From the NCBI GenBank assembly GCA_013265495.1, contig MU058221.1:3784001-3848000 (forward strand): DNA of 64,000 bases, in the 5' to 3' direction. This DNA is from Vicugna vicugna. Lineage: Eukaryota. Below are positions 13,874-27,181 of this stretch, piece by piece. The first letter of the stretch is position 1; each line of letters begins with the position of its first letter. The notes beneath the pieces are model-generated. The model did no database searches, had not been told where the DNA came from, and saw only the letters and a program-made list of their open reading frames with translations. The position numbers were made by a program, and so were the translations under genes.

Positions 13874-14465
13874 TGTCACCAGAGAGTGTGTTCTTGTGTC
13901 TCCACAGAAAGGAGTCAGAGAGAAGACATGGAGGTCAAGAAAGCAAAGCGAGGGTTTATTAAGTGACAGTGCGCGCTCCAAGGGGGAGCAGGCAGCCTCG
14001 GGTGAATAGCTGCCCTGAGTTTCTTTGACGAGCTGGTTAAACGGGGTGTGAAAATGAACGGGTGGGATATTCACTGAGGAGGGAGGGGTTTGGGGCTGTA
14101 TTTCCTGATTCTCATCTCAGCTCCATCTTCGAGGGGAGGAGGGATTTTTGTCCTTATTTAGTCTGGATCAGAAGTGTCCTGGCGTCAGTGCGTGATGAGT
14201 GCTTCTTGTCCGCAAGGCTAGTTGTATAACAATGAGGGCATGATGAGCAAAAGGTTACATTTGGACCCCAGAGATTCCCACCTTCCTTTGTGTGCCTCTC
14301 GGACCCCTGTCACCCCCAAATTTGTGATCTGTTATTAGTCCAGTGGTTCTTGCTTTTCTTTGTCTGCCCAAGAACCCACATTGTCCACAAGATGTATGGT
14401 TTCCTGCCATTTGGCCCACACCCCCCTTTCTCTGCTCATATCCTGGCATTCACCTGCTCTAAAAA
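13874..14465 (-). mobile_element. Solo ERV LTR
   Basis: Starts TGTCACC. TTTATT (AATAAA on minus) at 13955-13960 lies ~80 bp from the terminus, as expected near R/U5. GC-rich block in an AT-rich background; right boundary approximate. Confidence 0.7.
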
Positions 14466-14549
14466 TGCCTTCTCTATCATCTCTGCCTCTCAGGCTATGG
14501 GTTTTTGCTTGGGCCGTGCAAGACGGTGAGGCACACAAACGTATGCTGT

Positions 14550-15550
14550 GCTTTCAGAAACCTGAGGATATACCTTGTATGTCATCTGCATGATAGCTAC
14601 CCATTTCTCTCTCTATATTCAAAGTCCACAAAGACTAAAAGCCACAGCCAGAAAGTAAGAAGGAAGTTGAGGCCAGTGGGGTGTACTGTCTGTGAGAGTG
14701 ATCTCGAAGAAGAGCGGGGTCTGCGGGCATCTTGGCTGCAGTGGATTCTGGAAATGGAAAATTTCTGTTTTATCTTCCCAGTGAGTTTCTCATAGAACCA
14801 GGAAATTGCGTAGGAGAGGGTCTAGAAGTTCAGCAGATCAACCTATAGATTAGATGAACGCCTGCTAAACAGAAGGAAGCTGGTAAAGTTCCCTAGAGAG
14901 TAATTTTTCTTGAGGTTTTGAGGGATTTTTGTTCACTGCATGTGAAAAGGTAGCAGAGCCATAGCCAGCCCCCATGCTCTTTCCTTTCATGGAAGGATTA
15001 GTACAGAAGGAAAAAAAAATCAATGTTGACTCCAACGGGATAAATGTTTCTGCAGAATAAAGATCATAATTAGCTCAGACAACCCTGAAGGAGAGAATAC
15101 CTCCGAATATCTCGGAAGAATGATTAACTCTGGGAGACGGAAGACACATTCACATGTGGTTTAACATTCTTAACTGGATGCAACCAACACACAGACTCTG
15201 GAAAAGAAAGATGAGCGGCGTGAAGACAAAACAGGAAGAGACGAAAAGGAACATCGCATAAAAATGTCAGGAATAGTTGAGGTGAAAGGAAACGGATGAG
15301 ATTAAAATGTTTTAAAGGAAATAAAATTACAGTAAAAAATTAGAAGATAGTCTTGAAGTCTTTTGATGGAAACGAAATAGCAAATGCCATGTGCAAGATA
15401 ACTTGTAATCTCTCTCTGCTCTATCTGAAGATAAAGATGGTTGCAGTGATAGTAAAACATATAAATGACAGAGATGGAGATCCTGCCCAGATTGTTTCAG
15501 ATTCTGTGCTATCGCCAGGAAGCATAAAAGTGAACAAGAAAGAAGTTTCC
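14550..15550 (+). mobile_element. Old L1M 5'/ORF1-region relic
   Basis: A-rich, purine-biased plus strand with degraded ORF1-like wording ('attaaaatgttttaaaggaaataaaattacag'). Confidence 0.45.
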
Positions 15551-15554
15551 AAAT

Positions 15555-15660
15555 ATTTATATATGTATAAATATACACAACTGAATCACTAAGCTATACA
15601 CCAGAAATTAACACAACCTTGTAAACCAACTGTGTTTGAAGTTTTCTTTTAAAAATAAGA
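15555..15660 (+). mobile_element. L1 3'-terminal fragment
   Basis: 'actgaatcactaagctatacaccagaaattaacacaaccttgtaaaccaactg' matches the L1 3' tips elsewhere in the window. Confidence 0.7.
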
Positions 15661-16340
15661 ACAGATTCCGTTTTTGCTATCACAAGGTAATACTGTTTTA
15701 TTTATGATTATAGGACAAATAAGTTTACTATAAAAGATTCAACAATATATAAAAATGTAAATGTCATCCATGACATTTTCAGCTTGAGAGAATGATTTTG
15801 TTTTTACATTTTGGTCTACAAAGATAAATGGGTGATTATGATATATAGGTAAATATGTTAGCAGATCAGTGTAAATATGGGATGAATGTGAATATTTGTC
15901 ATATTTTGACCCATTCAGCTCCCCTCCTCTATTGGGGAAAATCTTATTTGGAGTCATATGTCTCCAAGATAAATACTTTAACTTAACTTTGCATCCTCCG
16001 TAATACCTAGAGCAAGGGACTATGAATAGGAGTCCTACAAGATATTCATATGGACGCCTTCAAATTAGAAGTAAATAATGGAGTCGTCTGGTTTTAATTT
16101 CCAGTGGTATGAGACCAGCCCTTCCAATGGAAGTAACTAGGAAGCTTAACCATGTATCTCTGTGCTTGAGGGACTCCCAGAGCTACAAACATGATAAACA
16201 ATTAGGAGAAGTGGAGAATTGTTAGGGTGGTAAAGCCTGGAACTGGGGAGTGTATTTTGCCTGATTCCTAAAGAAGTAGGTTGAAAACCTGAAATTTTTG
16301 AGAACGACAGAGAAAGAGAGGTGAAAATTGCACTTCAGTG

Positions 16341-16500
16341 TGTACGGTAGGCAGGCAGACAGTCCCCTAAAGAGCCCATGCCTGACCTACGGGACCTGTG
16401 CATATGGTACTAATATGGCTCAGTGGATTTTGAAAATATGATTAAGGATCTTAAAATAGGGAGATTATCCAGGATTATCCACACTGGCTAAATTTAAGGT
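16341..16500 (+). mobile_element. MLT1D-like MaLR LTR 5' fragment
   Basis: 'tgtacggtaggcag...gacctgtgcatatggtac...atgattaaggatcttaaaatagggagattatccaggattatcc'. Confidence 0.65.
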
Positions 16501-19500
16501 GGGTGTTCTCAAATCCATTGATTTCTTTTTAAATAAATACTTTAACATATACTTAGGTAGATTAATGTTCACTAATAGTCACCCTACTCTTTGTTGTTAA
16601 ATTAGCTTTTTCACATGTGTTAACGCTCACTCATCTCTCCTCTCTTTGTGTGTAATATGTTGACTGGTCTTAACAAATATTTGATTATTTTAGTGGTCCT
16701 TTTCTCTATTTGAATTCACTAATCTATTTTTTTCTTTATCATTTATCTATGAATATCTTAGCTTATTTTATTGTTCTTTCTCGAGTACCCACAACTAAGT
16801 GTTAAGTTTAATGTTGACTTATGTCTTCCTTAATATTGGAAGCCTTTAGAGCATTTTTTTTCCTGTGGAAACAATGGGTCTACATGCTGTGCTTTTAAAA
16901 TCAGTGATCACCAGGAATTAATTGTAATGTAAAGTGTAGTCTCTTCGACCCTAGAGTTGTTTAGAATTTTTAAAAAATAAATTTGTTCTTTAATTTCTTT
17001 CCTTTTATTCTTATTAATTTGTCAAAAATTACTGAGATTGTTTACAGCTCTTGGCACAATTTTATAAACAATTTTTGATTTAAAAACCAATCAGGTGTCA
17101 TGAATTTAAAAACCAATCAAATTTTATGTTGAAATGAAATCTGTGTACTATTATAATGCTTATAAAATTATATTCATCCCACCCACAGGTCACAGAATAT
17201 TAGACTTACATGACAGCACTCAATATAACTCATGATAATGCTTTTTAATGAAGATTAACAGCTTAGAAAGGTTTTCATGTGAAGATAGTAATATGCAGAT
17301 CAAATTTACAAACAAATTCGTATATTTGGTCTATATCTGAGATTTCCCATGCTAATGCTTGCTGTCGCTGCACTAAATAATTAAACTCATTTTCTAAAGT
17401 TACAAACAACATGCATCATTGTGAAGTTAAAGTTAATTTGTTGAGAAGAGACATCTCTTGCAAAACTCTTGAGGAAGCAAGTAGTCAGTGCTTCACTCTG
17501 CCGTGGGCCCTGACTGTTCTAATTCACCCCCACACAACCCTCATCCAACGGAACATCCCCAAAGATGTTTCGGAAACTTTTGTGTTGAGTTTCTGGCTTT
17601 AGCACTTCATCAAGGAGGTCTTCTTTAAGTCTTCTGGAAAGCATTTCACGGAGCAGGCGTTTCTCTTCTGACCCATTGCCTGAATGGCCTAAACTGTTTC
17701 ATTCATTCTATGGAAATTGGAATGCTTTGTCTGTGGCAGGTGCTTGGCTAGACATTGAGAACATACATGTGAGGGACCATAGAGCTGTCTCCTGCCAGCA
17801 AGTGGCTAACAGCTCAGGGGAGCACATAAAATAATAGTTGATTATTCAAGAAAACACAAAGCTGGGACCATCACAGCTGACTAAGAGGGAGATAGACCTT
17901 GGTGTGACGCGTAAAGGGAGTGTGTCTAAGCTAGTCAGGGAAGGCTTGGAATGCATTCCATCCTGCTACCGTGTTTTGCATGTGAAATCTTACCTACCTA
18001 AAATGAACTCCCCCTTTTATTTATAAGGTTAAGTCCTCCTCATCTTTTAGAACTTGACTCAATCATCTCTTCCTATCGGAGCACCACGTCTTCTTGATAC
18101 GACAGAGTCTGCCTCCCATATCCCCTGATTGATGACTCGGCGCCCAGGTACAAGGCTCATGTGACCACGCAGGGCGGGCTGTGTCCTCCTCCCATGGCGG
18201 TGAGCGTATGTGACTCACAGAATACACTGTTGTGGTTTCAGCTGCCCGCTGTTGGGTGTTGTGTGATTTATTGGCATCCCCGTAAATCTGGAGGCGAGGC
18301 TTCCTCCCTCACCAATGTGTGATTAAACTCCTGCTACAAACCTTTCCCTCTCGAAACTGAAAATCGGTTTTCCCAGTTTTATGGTTTGGTGGAATCGTTA
18401 GTAGGAAGAGTCGGTTCCAATTTTGACTGTGTGACTAATGTATTGTGTGATCTTACACCCGTTACGTCCCTTCTCTTTTTCTTAGCGGATCCATCTGTTT
18501 CAATTGTAACCATAATAACAAAGAAAAATTAACATTTTTATGGAATTTTACAGTTGGCAAAGTGCTGGTGCACACATAATTTTACATAATTTTTACAAGA
18601 ACTCTTTAAAGGAGCTTCAGTTATCCTCATTTTTGTCTCCCAGCAAGTACATGGTGATGCCAGGACATTAGCCAGTGTCTGTGGACTCCCGATCCAGTAA
18701 TCTTTTCAACCCCATCCTGGCTTCCACTGTTGGGGAAATCTGCCAAGGAACGGGCTGCAGATAGACGCTGTCTTCTTTAAAATTTTATCTGGGTTGGTCC
18801 AGTTACATGGTGTCCCTAAACTCTAACGTGTTACCTTATTTTTTATTGTAATTGCAAAAATTAAATTTATTTTTGCCAGATGGGAATCAGAATAAATGAA
18901 CTAAGTAACATAATTGCTAAATGTCCTCTGTGAATGGCAGGAGAGCGATTATGACATTCTGCCAGGGAGGAGGGAGTTCCTTCAGGATACGTGAGGGTGA
19001 CCGCCGTCACTGAGATGCAGGCAGAAACCAGGATTGTGGTTTTTACGCTTCTTCTCCGAAGAAATTTCTTATCTTGAATCAACTCCAAACATTGGCGGGG
19101 TGGACACGAGGTCATGGCAGCAGGTGTCATTTTCCAACGCAGAGTCTGATCTGAGAGGTGGTAAGAGACGGTGTTTAGACATCCATGCAGCGGTATCTGG
19201 CATCATAGAGAGATTAATTTCACAGTCTGTTTTATACAAAGTTAATTCTATCAGAGACTAGCTCCGTTCTGGGGAAATAACTAATTGTAAACTATATAAA
19301 AATTGTAAGAGTCTCAAACAAAGTGCTAGGGTAGACTGGCACCCCTGGGGAAGAAATCCAGGCCAGGGAAAGCAGGTAAGGTACAGCAGGTGGTCACAGA
19401 CACCAGCTTTCTACCTGCGTTCGGGGCAGAATCCAGCTTTTGACCTCCAAAGGTAGGAACGCAATGAAGAATGCACCTGTTAAGGAAATTCGGTGAAGGG

Positions 19501-21813
19501 CTAGTCGGAAAGTCAGTGAACAAGCATTTTCCTCTCACAATATAAATTGCATTATCAGTGCTGCCTGCATGAACCAGATCGGCCCTGAGTCGGGGGGTTA
19601 CACAAGCAAGTCTACAGGATAATTGTATGAATCCGTCTGTCTTTCCTTTAGGATCCTTGTTCATTGATATTACACTTTTTGTCTTGACTTAGGGACAAAA
19701 CTAATAATATTTTGCCAGGCAGTGTCTTAGTGGAACTTTGTTTGAATGAGGTTGGACACGTAAATAATTGGTGATAATTACAAATATCATGGGTGAGATT
19801 TAAATAAACAAGGGTTTAAAACATCTTCTGTGGCCCATATAATCTAAGTTTCAGCAATGTTGGAAGAATTTTTGTCTTGCCTGTATTGTTCAACAGTCGC
19901 CAAGGAAAACTCACAAAGGCTAATATTTCTCTACGAAGACATTAAGACTATGTGATTTGACTGAGTCGTCCCCAGGGCATGGCCACAGTTCTCTTGAAAA
20001 CTCAGGGCCCAGGAGGGTCATTCCCTTTGTTTCAGGAAGAAGAAAAGTTACTTTTATATTTTTAGCCGCATTTCTATCTCATAGAGGGATGTATGTGAAG
20101 GCAGTTTCATTTTATTTATATACATACACACAAATACATACACATATATATGTACCTATAAAACATTATATAAAAATATATAAATTTTTATGTATAAATT
20201 ATATATTTAAATTTTATAGACATATATATATAGAGAGAGAGAGACAGTAATGTCTCTCTCAGAACAGAGGGACAGAGCAACACAGTTTCTCAATTCAATT
20301 ATTTATCAAATTTAATTATTATTACTTCGCCTTCTGTGGCAAAGATGCCCTTCAGTCTGCATTTTGCTTGAAAGCATTGGAATTTTATTGAAACTCTCCA
20401 CAGAATACTTTTGATCGGTTCTCTTAGACGTGAATTGATTTTGCCCTTCTGCAGCTAGCCCCTTCTGTGTTTATAGACAGAGCATTTGTTCTGACCATCC
20501 TCTCCCCAGGTGTGTGAGATACCATCTTGTTCTTCCAAATCAGCATTTGCAAAGAAAAGCTACAGCAGGCTTTCCCTGCAGTTCTCAATGTTCATTCCCC
20601 AGAATTTGGCTGATTGAAAAATGTAGCACCTTCCCTGTTTGAAAAGACATTCCACTGGCAGGCAGTACACCTTCTCTCCCACAAGGTAGAAGAAAAGAAT
20701 TGCTGTGAAACAAAGTAAGATCTGATATCCACAGCAGCAAAATAATCATGGTTTTTGGTGGGATTTGCACACGTGGAATTTGGCAGAAAATATACCAGGA
20801 AGAGTCACATGACATTTATGCAGAAGGGAAGGGAGAGAGATTTCTTGGGAGAAATACTGTTTGATAGTAACAGAAGTTTCGAGTTTGAAAACTTGCAGCA
20901 TGGTTTCCTGATCTTCATTTTCATAGTAAAGACATTTCTTCACTTAACAAATATATATTAAGTTTTCCCCATTTGCCAAGCCATCTTCTTAACACCAGGA
21001 CATACAGCAGTGAACATAACACGCAAAAAGTATCTGTCTTTGTGAAAAATTTTAAAAAATCAATAATTAATTTAAAGATAAATAAGAATAGGAAAAGACA
21101 GCTTGCTGGGAAGTCTAAACATCCTCATTCTAGAAACTGACTTTTTAAATTTCTGAGTGAATTTCCTTGCAGACGATTATTACCAAGGGCAGCGTAAGCC
21201 CGCCCATATGCATGGAGAACAGAAAAGTCATTCAAAATCTATTGAAACAAAAGACATTTTATAATATGCAAGCCAGAACTCTGCCTCTGAAGGGTACTTG
21301 TTAATTGAGATGTTGACGGATTTTGCCCGTTCTCTCTGCCTACTGGCTTCTCTCAGAAAACATCTCAGAGTAATTGAGAAGAAGCAGACATCGCGCGACA
21401 CAACCCTGTTGTTCCTCTGTCTTCACCGAAACCTACCTCTATGTGTGGACGCGGAAAAATTCATCAGAAATTTGAGAAAATACGGTCAATACAAAAGTCT
21501 AGGGTTGAAAAATCAAAGAGAGTGTTGGTAGACCCTGGAAACCCTGAGACCAGGTTCGCAAGGCTGTGGCATCTGACATTTTAAGAAGTTTGTCTCCAAA
21601 GCAGTTTGAATAGGGGATGCTTCTCTCACTGCCTACATACAATACGTTGTCTAATGTATTCTGTTGACTTCTAAAGGGCTTAATTTGAAATATGAAAGTC
21701 CATTCCGGAGTGCCAATGACTTGCGTTGTATAAAGCTGTGGATGGTAGGAAAGTTAGAGAACTGGCGTTGAGGGAGCAATCACAACCACATTGTCTGTTA
21801 TGAAGTATGCAAA

Positions 21814-22309
21814 TGTCGACTGAGATAAACGCGCAGCCTGAAAGCTGAGAATTATGTTTTCTTTGGCGGGAGGACTCGAGCCCGGATGACGGCCTCTCAG
21901 GTGGCCCTGAGGGGCTGCTCCCAAGAGGTAGGGGAGGGGCTGGGATACACAGGAGCTTCACAGCAAAGACCAGGGAGTTGGAACATTAAAAGATTGCTTG
22001 TTATCTAAAGAAAACCAGGCATCTCAAGTGAAAGAATTTAGCGCTTTTCTATGTACGGGAGGGAGCAAACATTTGGGCTCACTAAATCCACTCCTTTGAC
22101 AAGCACCGAGCTGTCTAGGGCCAGTGTCCTGCCCTTTCCTGTTCTGAGTCCCCTCCGGGGGCACCACTGTGAGTGGCTGCAGAGGCCGGGCTGCGGGCTG
22201 GTCCTCACTGGGGGGTGGGGCAGCCGCTGATGGCCTGATGGCTTCAGCGTTCTCTGTTTACTGATGTGGTTCGCCGTTATTTTTGTTCACAGAGTATTTT
22301 TCGTTCACA
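21814..22309 (-). mobile_element. Solo ERV LTR with 4-bp TSD CAAA
   Basis: TGT...ACA termini and 496 bp long. CAAA lies immediately left (21810-21813) and right (22310-22313). Many CpGs are retained, suggesting a relatively young insertion. Confidence 0.85.
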
Positions 22310-23513
22310 CAAATCTTCCAGTGAAGCCTGCTTTGAGGCTGGTCGGTGGGAGCGTACCTGTTGGATGAGAGTTGTGCATTTTGACAACAGATCAGCAGCA
22401 GAACCAGGATTATCCAGAAAGCTTTCCAGGTCTGCCTGTGTCTCTGTGATCCAAGTCGCGTCCACAGCGGGCTGATGCTGGCCATTGCAGCTGTTTCCAG
22501 TCTGCCCATGTTGAAACTGACCACCTGTGTGGAAACAGTTCAAAGCTTAAAAAGCACATCAATGGCCGAATTCTGATTTGTTGATTGCATACAGATGAGA
22601 ATTAATCTTTAAAGGCCAGACAGAGTACGTTGGATATACACAAGAGAAAATCTATCCTGGGGAAAATCTCCATATTGCCAGCAAGTTTAACATTCATTTT
22701 AAATCTAATGTTATAGGCTTACCAAGCAAAATTTGCAGTTGGATTTCTATTAGATTGTGTTATGTATGGAAAACAGTTAATATCTTGTGTTTCTTGACTT
22801 TCAGTTTAGCTTCTAAATTTTTTAGATGATTTCCCAAATGTATTTCAAAATTTCAGTTTTGGAGACGAGTTAGTAGAATATGAATATCACAAACTATGTC
22901 TTTGTGTTGCCTTCAACCATTATGTTGTTATTACATTTTAGGATAGAATGCACTTCATTTTATAGAAAATATTCATTGTGCCATTTTGCAAAAGTTACAT
23001 TTCTTTTTCCTCATTGTTATCTTTTGGGTGGATCTATTGATTTGTGTATGACATTACTCTTACACAAAATTTTCTGTCACAATTCTTGTTTAGGTATAAA
23101 TGACATATATATATATATTTTTTCAAATTAGCACCTTTTTCTCTTAGCAAGGAACAGAAAATGCACATAGAGGTATAGACAGCATCATTCACTGGTTCAA
23201 GTATCTCTGTATCTTGAAAAGTCACTAAAAGCACTAAAGACATCTCTCATCTCTGTTAGGCAATTTATAATATAGATCGTATCTACATTCATAAGGGAAA
23301 GATGACACAGTAGAATTGAGTGACCATTCAAAACTTATTTACTGAGAAAATGTGCTGGGAACACAGCAATGAAAAAAAAATTAAAGACAAAAATTTGATT
23401 GAGTTTGTATCCCAGAAGAAAAATACAAACATTCAATCAAATATGTGATCACGATAAATGCTATAGACAAAATAAATTAAGAAAGAAGGTAAGTTTAGTC
23501 AAAGGTGGGGGTG

Positions 23514-23620
23514 TTGCTGGCTTCAACAGCACATGTGCTAAAATTGGAACAATATGGAGAAGATTAGCTTGGCCCCTGGGCAAGAATGATACGCAAATTT
23601 GTGAAGGGTCCCATATTTTT
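23514..23620 (+). pseudogene. RNU6: Full-length U6 snRNA retrocopy (5' half of a U6/L1 chimera)
   Basis: 107 nt colinear with U6 (AAAATTGGAAC...GAGAAGATTAGC..GGCCCCTG..CAAG..ACGCAAATT.GTGAAG..CCATATTTTT). About 16 substitutions by my manual alignment to recalled human U6. The ACAGAGA box is mutated to ATGGAGA. Confidence 0.95.
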
Positions 23621-23870
23621 AATCTTATGGTTACCAGGGAAAGGGGGTGGGAAGGGATACATTTGGGGGTTTTGAGATTTTCAAATGTTAACCACTAGAT
23701 ATAAAAATACATAAAAAAATTTCTTCTCTATAGCATAGGAAACTATATTTAATATCTTGTAATAATGTTTAACGAAAACAAATATATGTATGAATGTGCA
23801 TGACTGGGACATTATGCTGTATGCCAGAAACTGGCACATTGTAACTGACTGTACTTCAGTTAAAAAAAAA
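23621..23870 (+). mobile_element. L1 3' UTR + poly-A fused directly to the U6 copy
   Basis: 'aatcttatggttaccagggaaagggggtgggaagggata...' parallels the L1 3' UTR at 63175-63430. Poly-A at 23862-23870. Confidence 0.9.
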
Positions 23871-23899
23871 TGGGGATAATGGCTGTTAAGATACAGTTT

Positions 23900-24150
23900 C
23901 CAGAAAAGGGCTCACTGGGATCTGGGATTGTGACTTCTGTGAATGATGAGATTGAGCCGTCGATGGTGTGAGGATCAGGACCATCTTAGGCGGGAAGACT
24001 CACAAGTCCAAAGGCCCTGAGGTGGAGGAGTTTGGAACATATGGAGAACCAGAAAGGGCATCAAGACGATCACGAAGGGATGAGCCAGGAGAGGGTAGTA
24101 AGAGCTGAGATCAGAGACGTCACTGGACTTGATCAGAAGGCTTTGGTTCA
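23900..24150 (-). mobile_element. L2 relic
   Basis: 'caaaggccctgaggtggagg...gagggtagtaagagctgagatcagagacg' resembles antisense L2. Confidence 0.5.
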
Positions 24151-25439
24151 ACATCTCTGTAATTGAGCAATCAGCATACCTTTGTTGAATTATATTATGT
24201 TCCTATTACCTTCATACTATAGTTTTTAAATTAATTGATTACACTTCTGGTTGTGGTTAGAATTGCATATTCTGATTTCAGTTGGAGATGGATGTGAATG
24301 CCCCAAGTTTCTTTTTGTAGTTGCATTCTCTAAAGAACTGATTTAATTGCAATGAGCATAAATTTTGATGGTGAGCTTACCTATCAAAAAAAAATGGTTT
24401 GGCTTTTTTCCAGTGTTTTGAGGGGAACATTTGCATGTAGTGAGAAACTCATGTCATTTAAAAATTATTTTTCACATTTCTTCAGTGATATTCACCAATA
24501 ATTTACTGTCTATCAAAAGGAACTGTTTTGTTCTGGCCTCCACAATACTTCCTTGGATTCACAATCTCTTCAGGAGAACTGATTCATTCATGTATCAGAT
24601 AATTCTTATAGCAGGGATTTTTTTTAGGCAATCAGGTTATAGCAGTAAATAAATTTATTTTCTAAAGGGAGAATTAAAGACTAAACAAATAATATCTGTT
24701 CAGGCAAAAACAAAACAGGTTAAGTGTCTTTGTTAGCACAGTTCAGCATAGGGAGCGACTTGGAAAGAGAAAGACTGGTTCATGAGGTTTTCCAAGGGAT
24801 GATGGCGTTTAAGGAGATACATGAAATACGGGAAGGAGCTCATCACATGGAGAGCTAGCGGAGCAGCACTGAGATCAAATATTAAGGCTGTGAAGATGGA
24901 GCCGTTCCCTGCAGGTGTTTCGATAACCCCTATTCTTTGAGTGATGAGGGTGAGGGAGCTTGGAAGTCCGCCCTTCAAGTGGGCCATTGGCTACCCTGAG
25001 CTGGCTCTGTCCCCAGATTCCTGTAGGCCATCATCAGGCTTCCGTACAAACTCATATCTAGGCAGGGACTCATTTTCAGTGGTAATCACCCTCCTTCTCG
25101 AAAATCCTCAGGCTGAAGCGCAGCTGTCTGTCCTCCCCAAACAAGAAGAAGAGCCTCCATATGTCTCAGTATCTCACACCCACAGTCCTTCGCTCTCCTC
25201 CTAGCAGTGGCTCTGCCCAAAAGAGCCGGACCATCATCACATGAGCCAGATTTACCCAGCCAACTACTTTTAGCTGTTTCATACGTCCCTTAAACATAAT
25301 TTACATTTAAAATTCTTCAAGACCAATATGTGTAGCCCCCTTCACCCCTTCCTCAAGCACCACCAAGTGAGCGCTATTCTCAGACAGACACATCTTGTGG
25401 GTTGTTGCTGGTATTCAGTTACCCAAAGCCAAGATCTAC

Positions 25440-25441
<2 letters not shown>

Positions 25442-25475
<34 letters not shown>
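25442..25475. repeat. (TG)n microsatellite
   Basis: Perfect TG run of about 17 units. Confidence 0.95.
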
Positions 25476-25477
<2 letters not shown>

Positions 25478-27181
25478 AATTTCTTGTAATTCATTTCCTT
25501 AATTCTTTTATTCTGTTTTGTATCTCAGTATTTGGACAGGGTGATTAATCCACGGTTAGAATCTTAAGGCCACTCTTAAGATTCCCAAACTGAGTGCCAG
25601 ATGTACATCAAAAGATAAACGGTCTAATGTGAAATATTGATAAGAATGCTGAATAAGACCTACGAACAAAGTCTAGTGGAATACCTTCAGAAGACGCCCC
25701 AGGTTGAAGCTTCTTTGCTTGCAAAAAGAACCTGTGTGCTTTTACAAGATAGCTCATGGGCATTTTTTTTTTTTTTGCCTTTCGCTTGATAGAGAATTTC
25801 AACTACAAAGGACAAAACTAGAATTAGTATTAGATTCGGGCATGCAAAAGGACCTATTATTATAAAGAAGAAAGTTATTTACTTTATCCTATCTTGGCAA
25901 AGCAGAAGCAATGCTCTGCAAAAAACAAGAACTTTCATCGTTTGCACAAAATAGTCCAGGATTGTATTATAGGTGCTTTATCACCCCAACTAGTTTATAA
26001 GCAACTGGAGGGGAAAAGATATGCTTGTTTTCGAAGCCCGTCTCGCCTTCCACTGCTAGTCCCAGATATCTAACGAAATAGGCACATGAACACATGCTGA
26101 TTTAGTTGAAGTAGAGGGGGAAAAAAAGAGGACCGAATGTCTTTTAAAATATAAAATCCCATTATGCCCCTATTTGTCTGTTATTTTCATAAGACCCAGG
26201 CTTCCCAGCCTTGCTATCTGCAAAATAATGAAAGCTGGTTATTCGGGACTCGACCAGACGGACCTGTGTGGATGAGCACTTCCTCCCTCCAACGTGCATT
26301 TCAGTGATAATTTTTGTTCGAGTAGTAAGCACATCCCTGCACTAGACTCTGAAATCTCTTGTATATCATCAAAAGAATGTCAAGTGTCTGCCTGTGTTTG
26401 AGTACATGGTAACTTCCTATCGAATAGCCAGTTGATTGGTAAAGCAGTCGATTTCCTGCCAATTTCAAGAAAAATGAATGGATAGTCACAATCTTTGTGA
26501 TCCTTCTGGAATCAGCTTTGTAGGGGACCTTATGGGACTTCAAGGGTCTTCTAATAGCCAACACTTTCTCTTCTGTATATCATCCATCCTGCTTCAGGTA
26601 TATGTTATGCAATAGTAAGTCAGTTATGTACATCACACATCTGAAAACCTTTTTTCTAGCTCATTAGACATGTAGGACGAAGCCCATAATGTTGATGGTT
26701 TAAGACTCCTAAAACATGACAGGGTAACACACTAGGCTTCGAACAACATCAAAAACAACAAAAGCCTATAAATGAGCTTTTCCTCTGATTGTGACGCAAT
26801 TTTTCACTTTTACAGATTCTCACAATTATATTTTCTTACTGATATATGTACAGCCACCCACTGAATTCATATTTCCTTTTTCTTGAATTATATTGTATTT
26901 ACCATTGCCTCACTTCATACCAGGACTGCGTTTAATTTTTATTCCATCTATGCTGAATATTCTGATAGGAGAACAAGGAGAATGGAGTTAGTGAATATTT
27001 TCTGAGACAGTTGAGAGCATCCAGATCCTTCTATAAACGGGTTTAGTGATCCTGTGTGGATGTTACATGTCACTGGGTGTGAAGATATCAAATAAAGATA
27101 GTAAGGGAGAGGAGACAAAGGGCATTCAGGTCCAAGTCACTTCATAAGTGACATATTTGATGGCATTTAAAGGTAGATCTT

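Noticed and set aside
23514..23620. Functional U6 snRNA gene
   Set aside because: About 15% diverged, ACAGAGA box mutated, fused to L1, and no recognisable upstream PSE/TATA.
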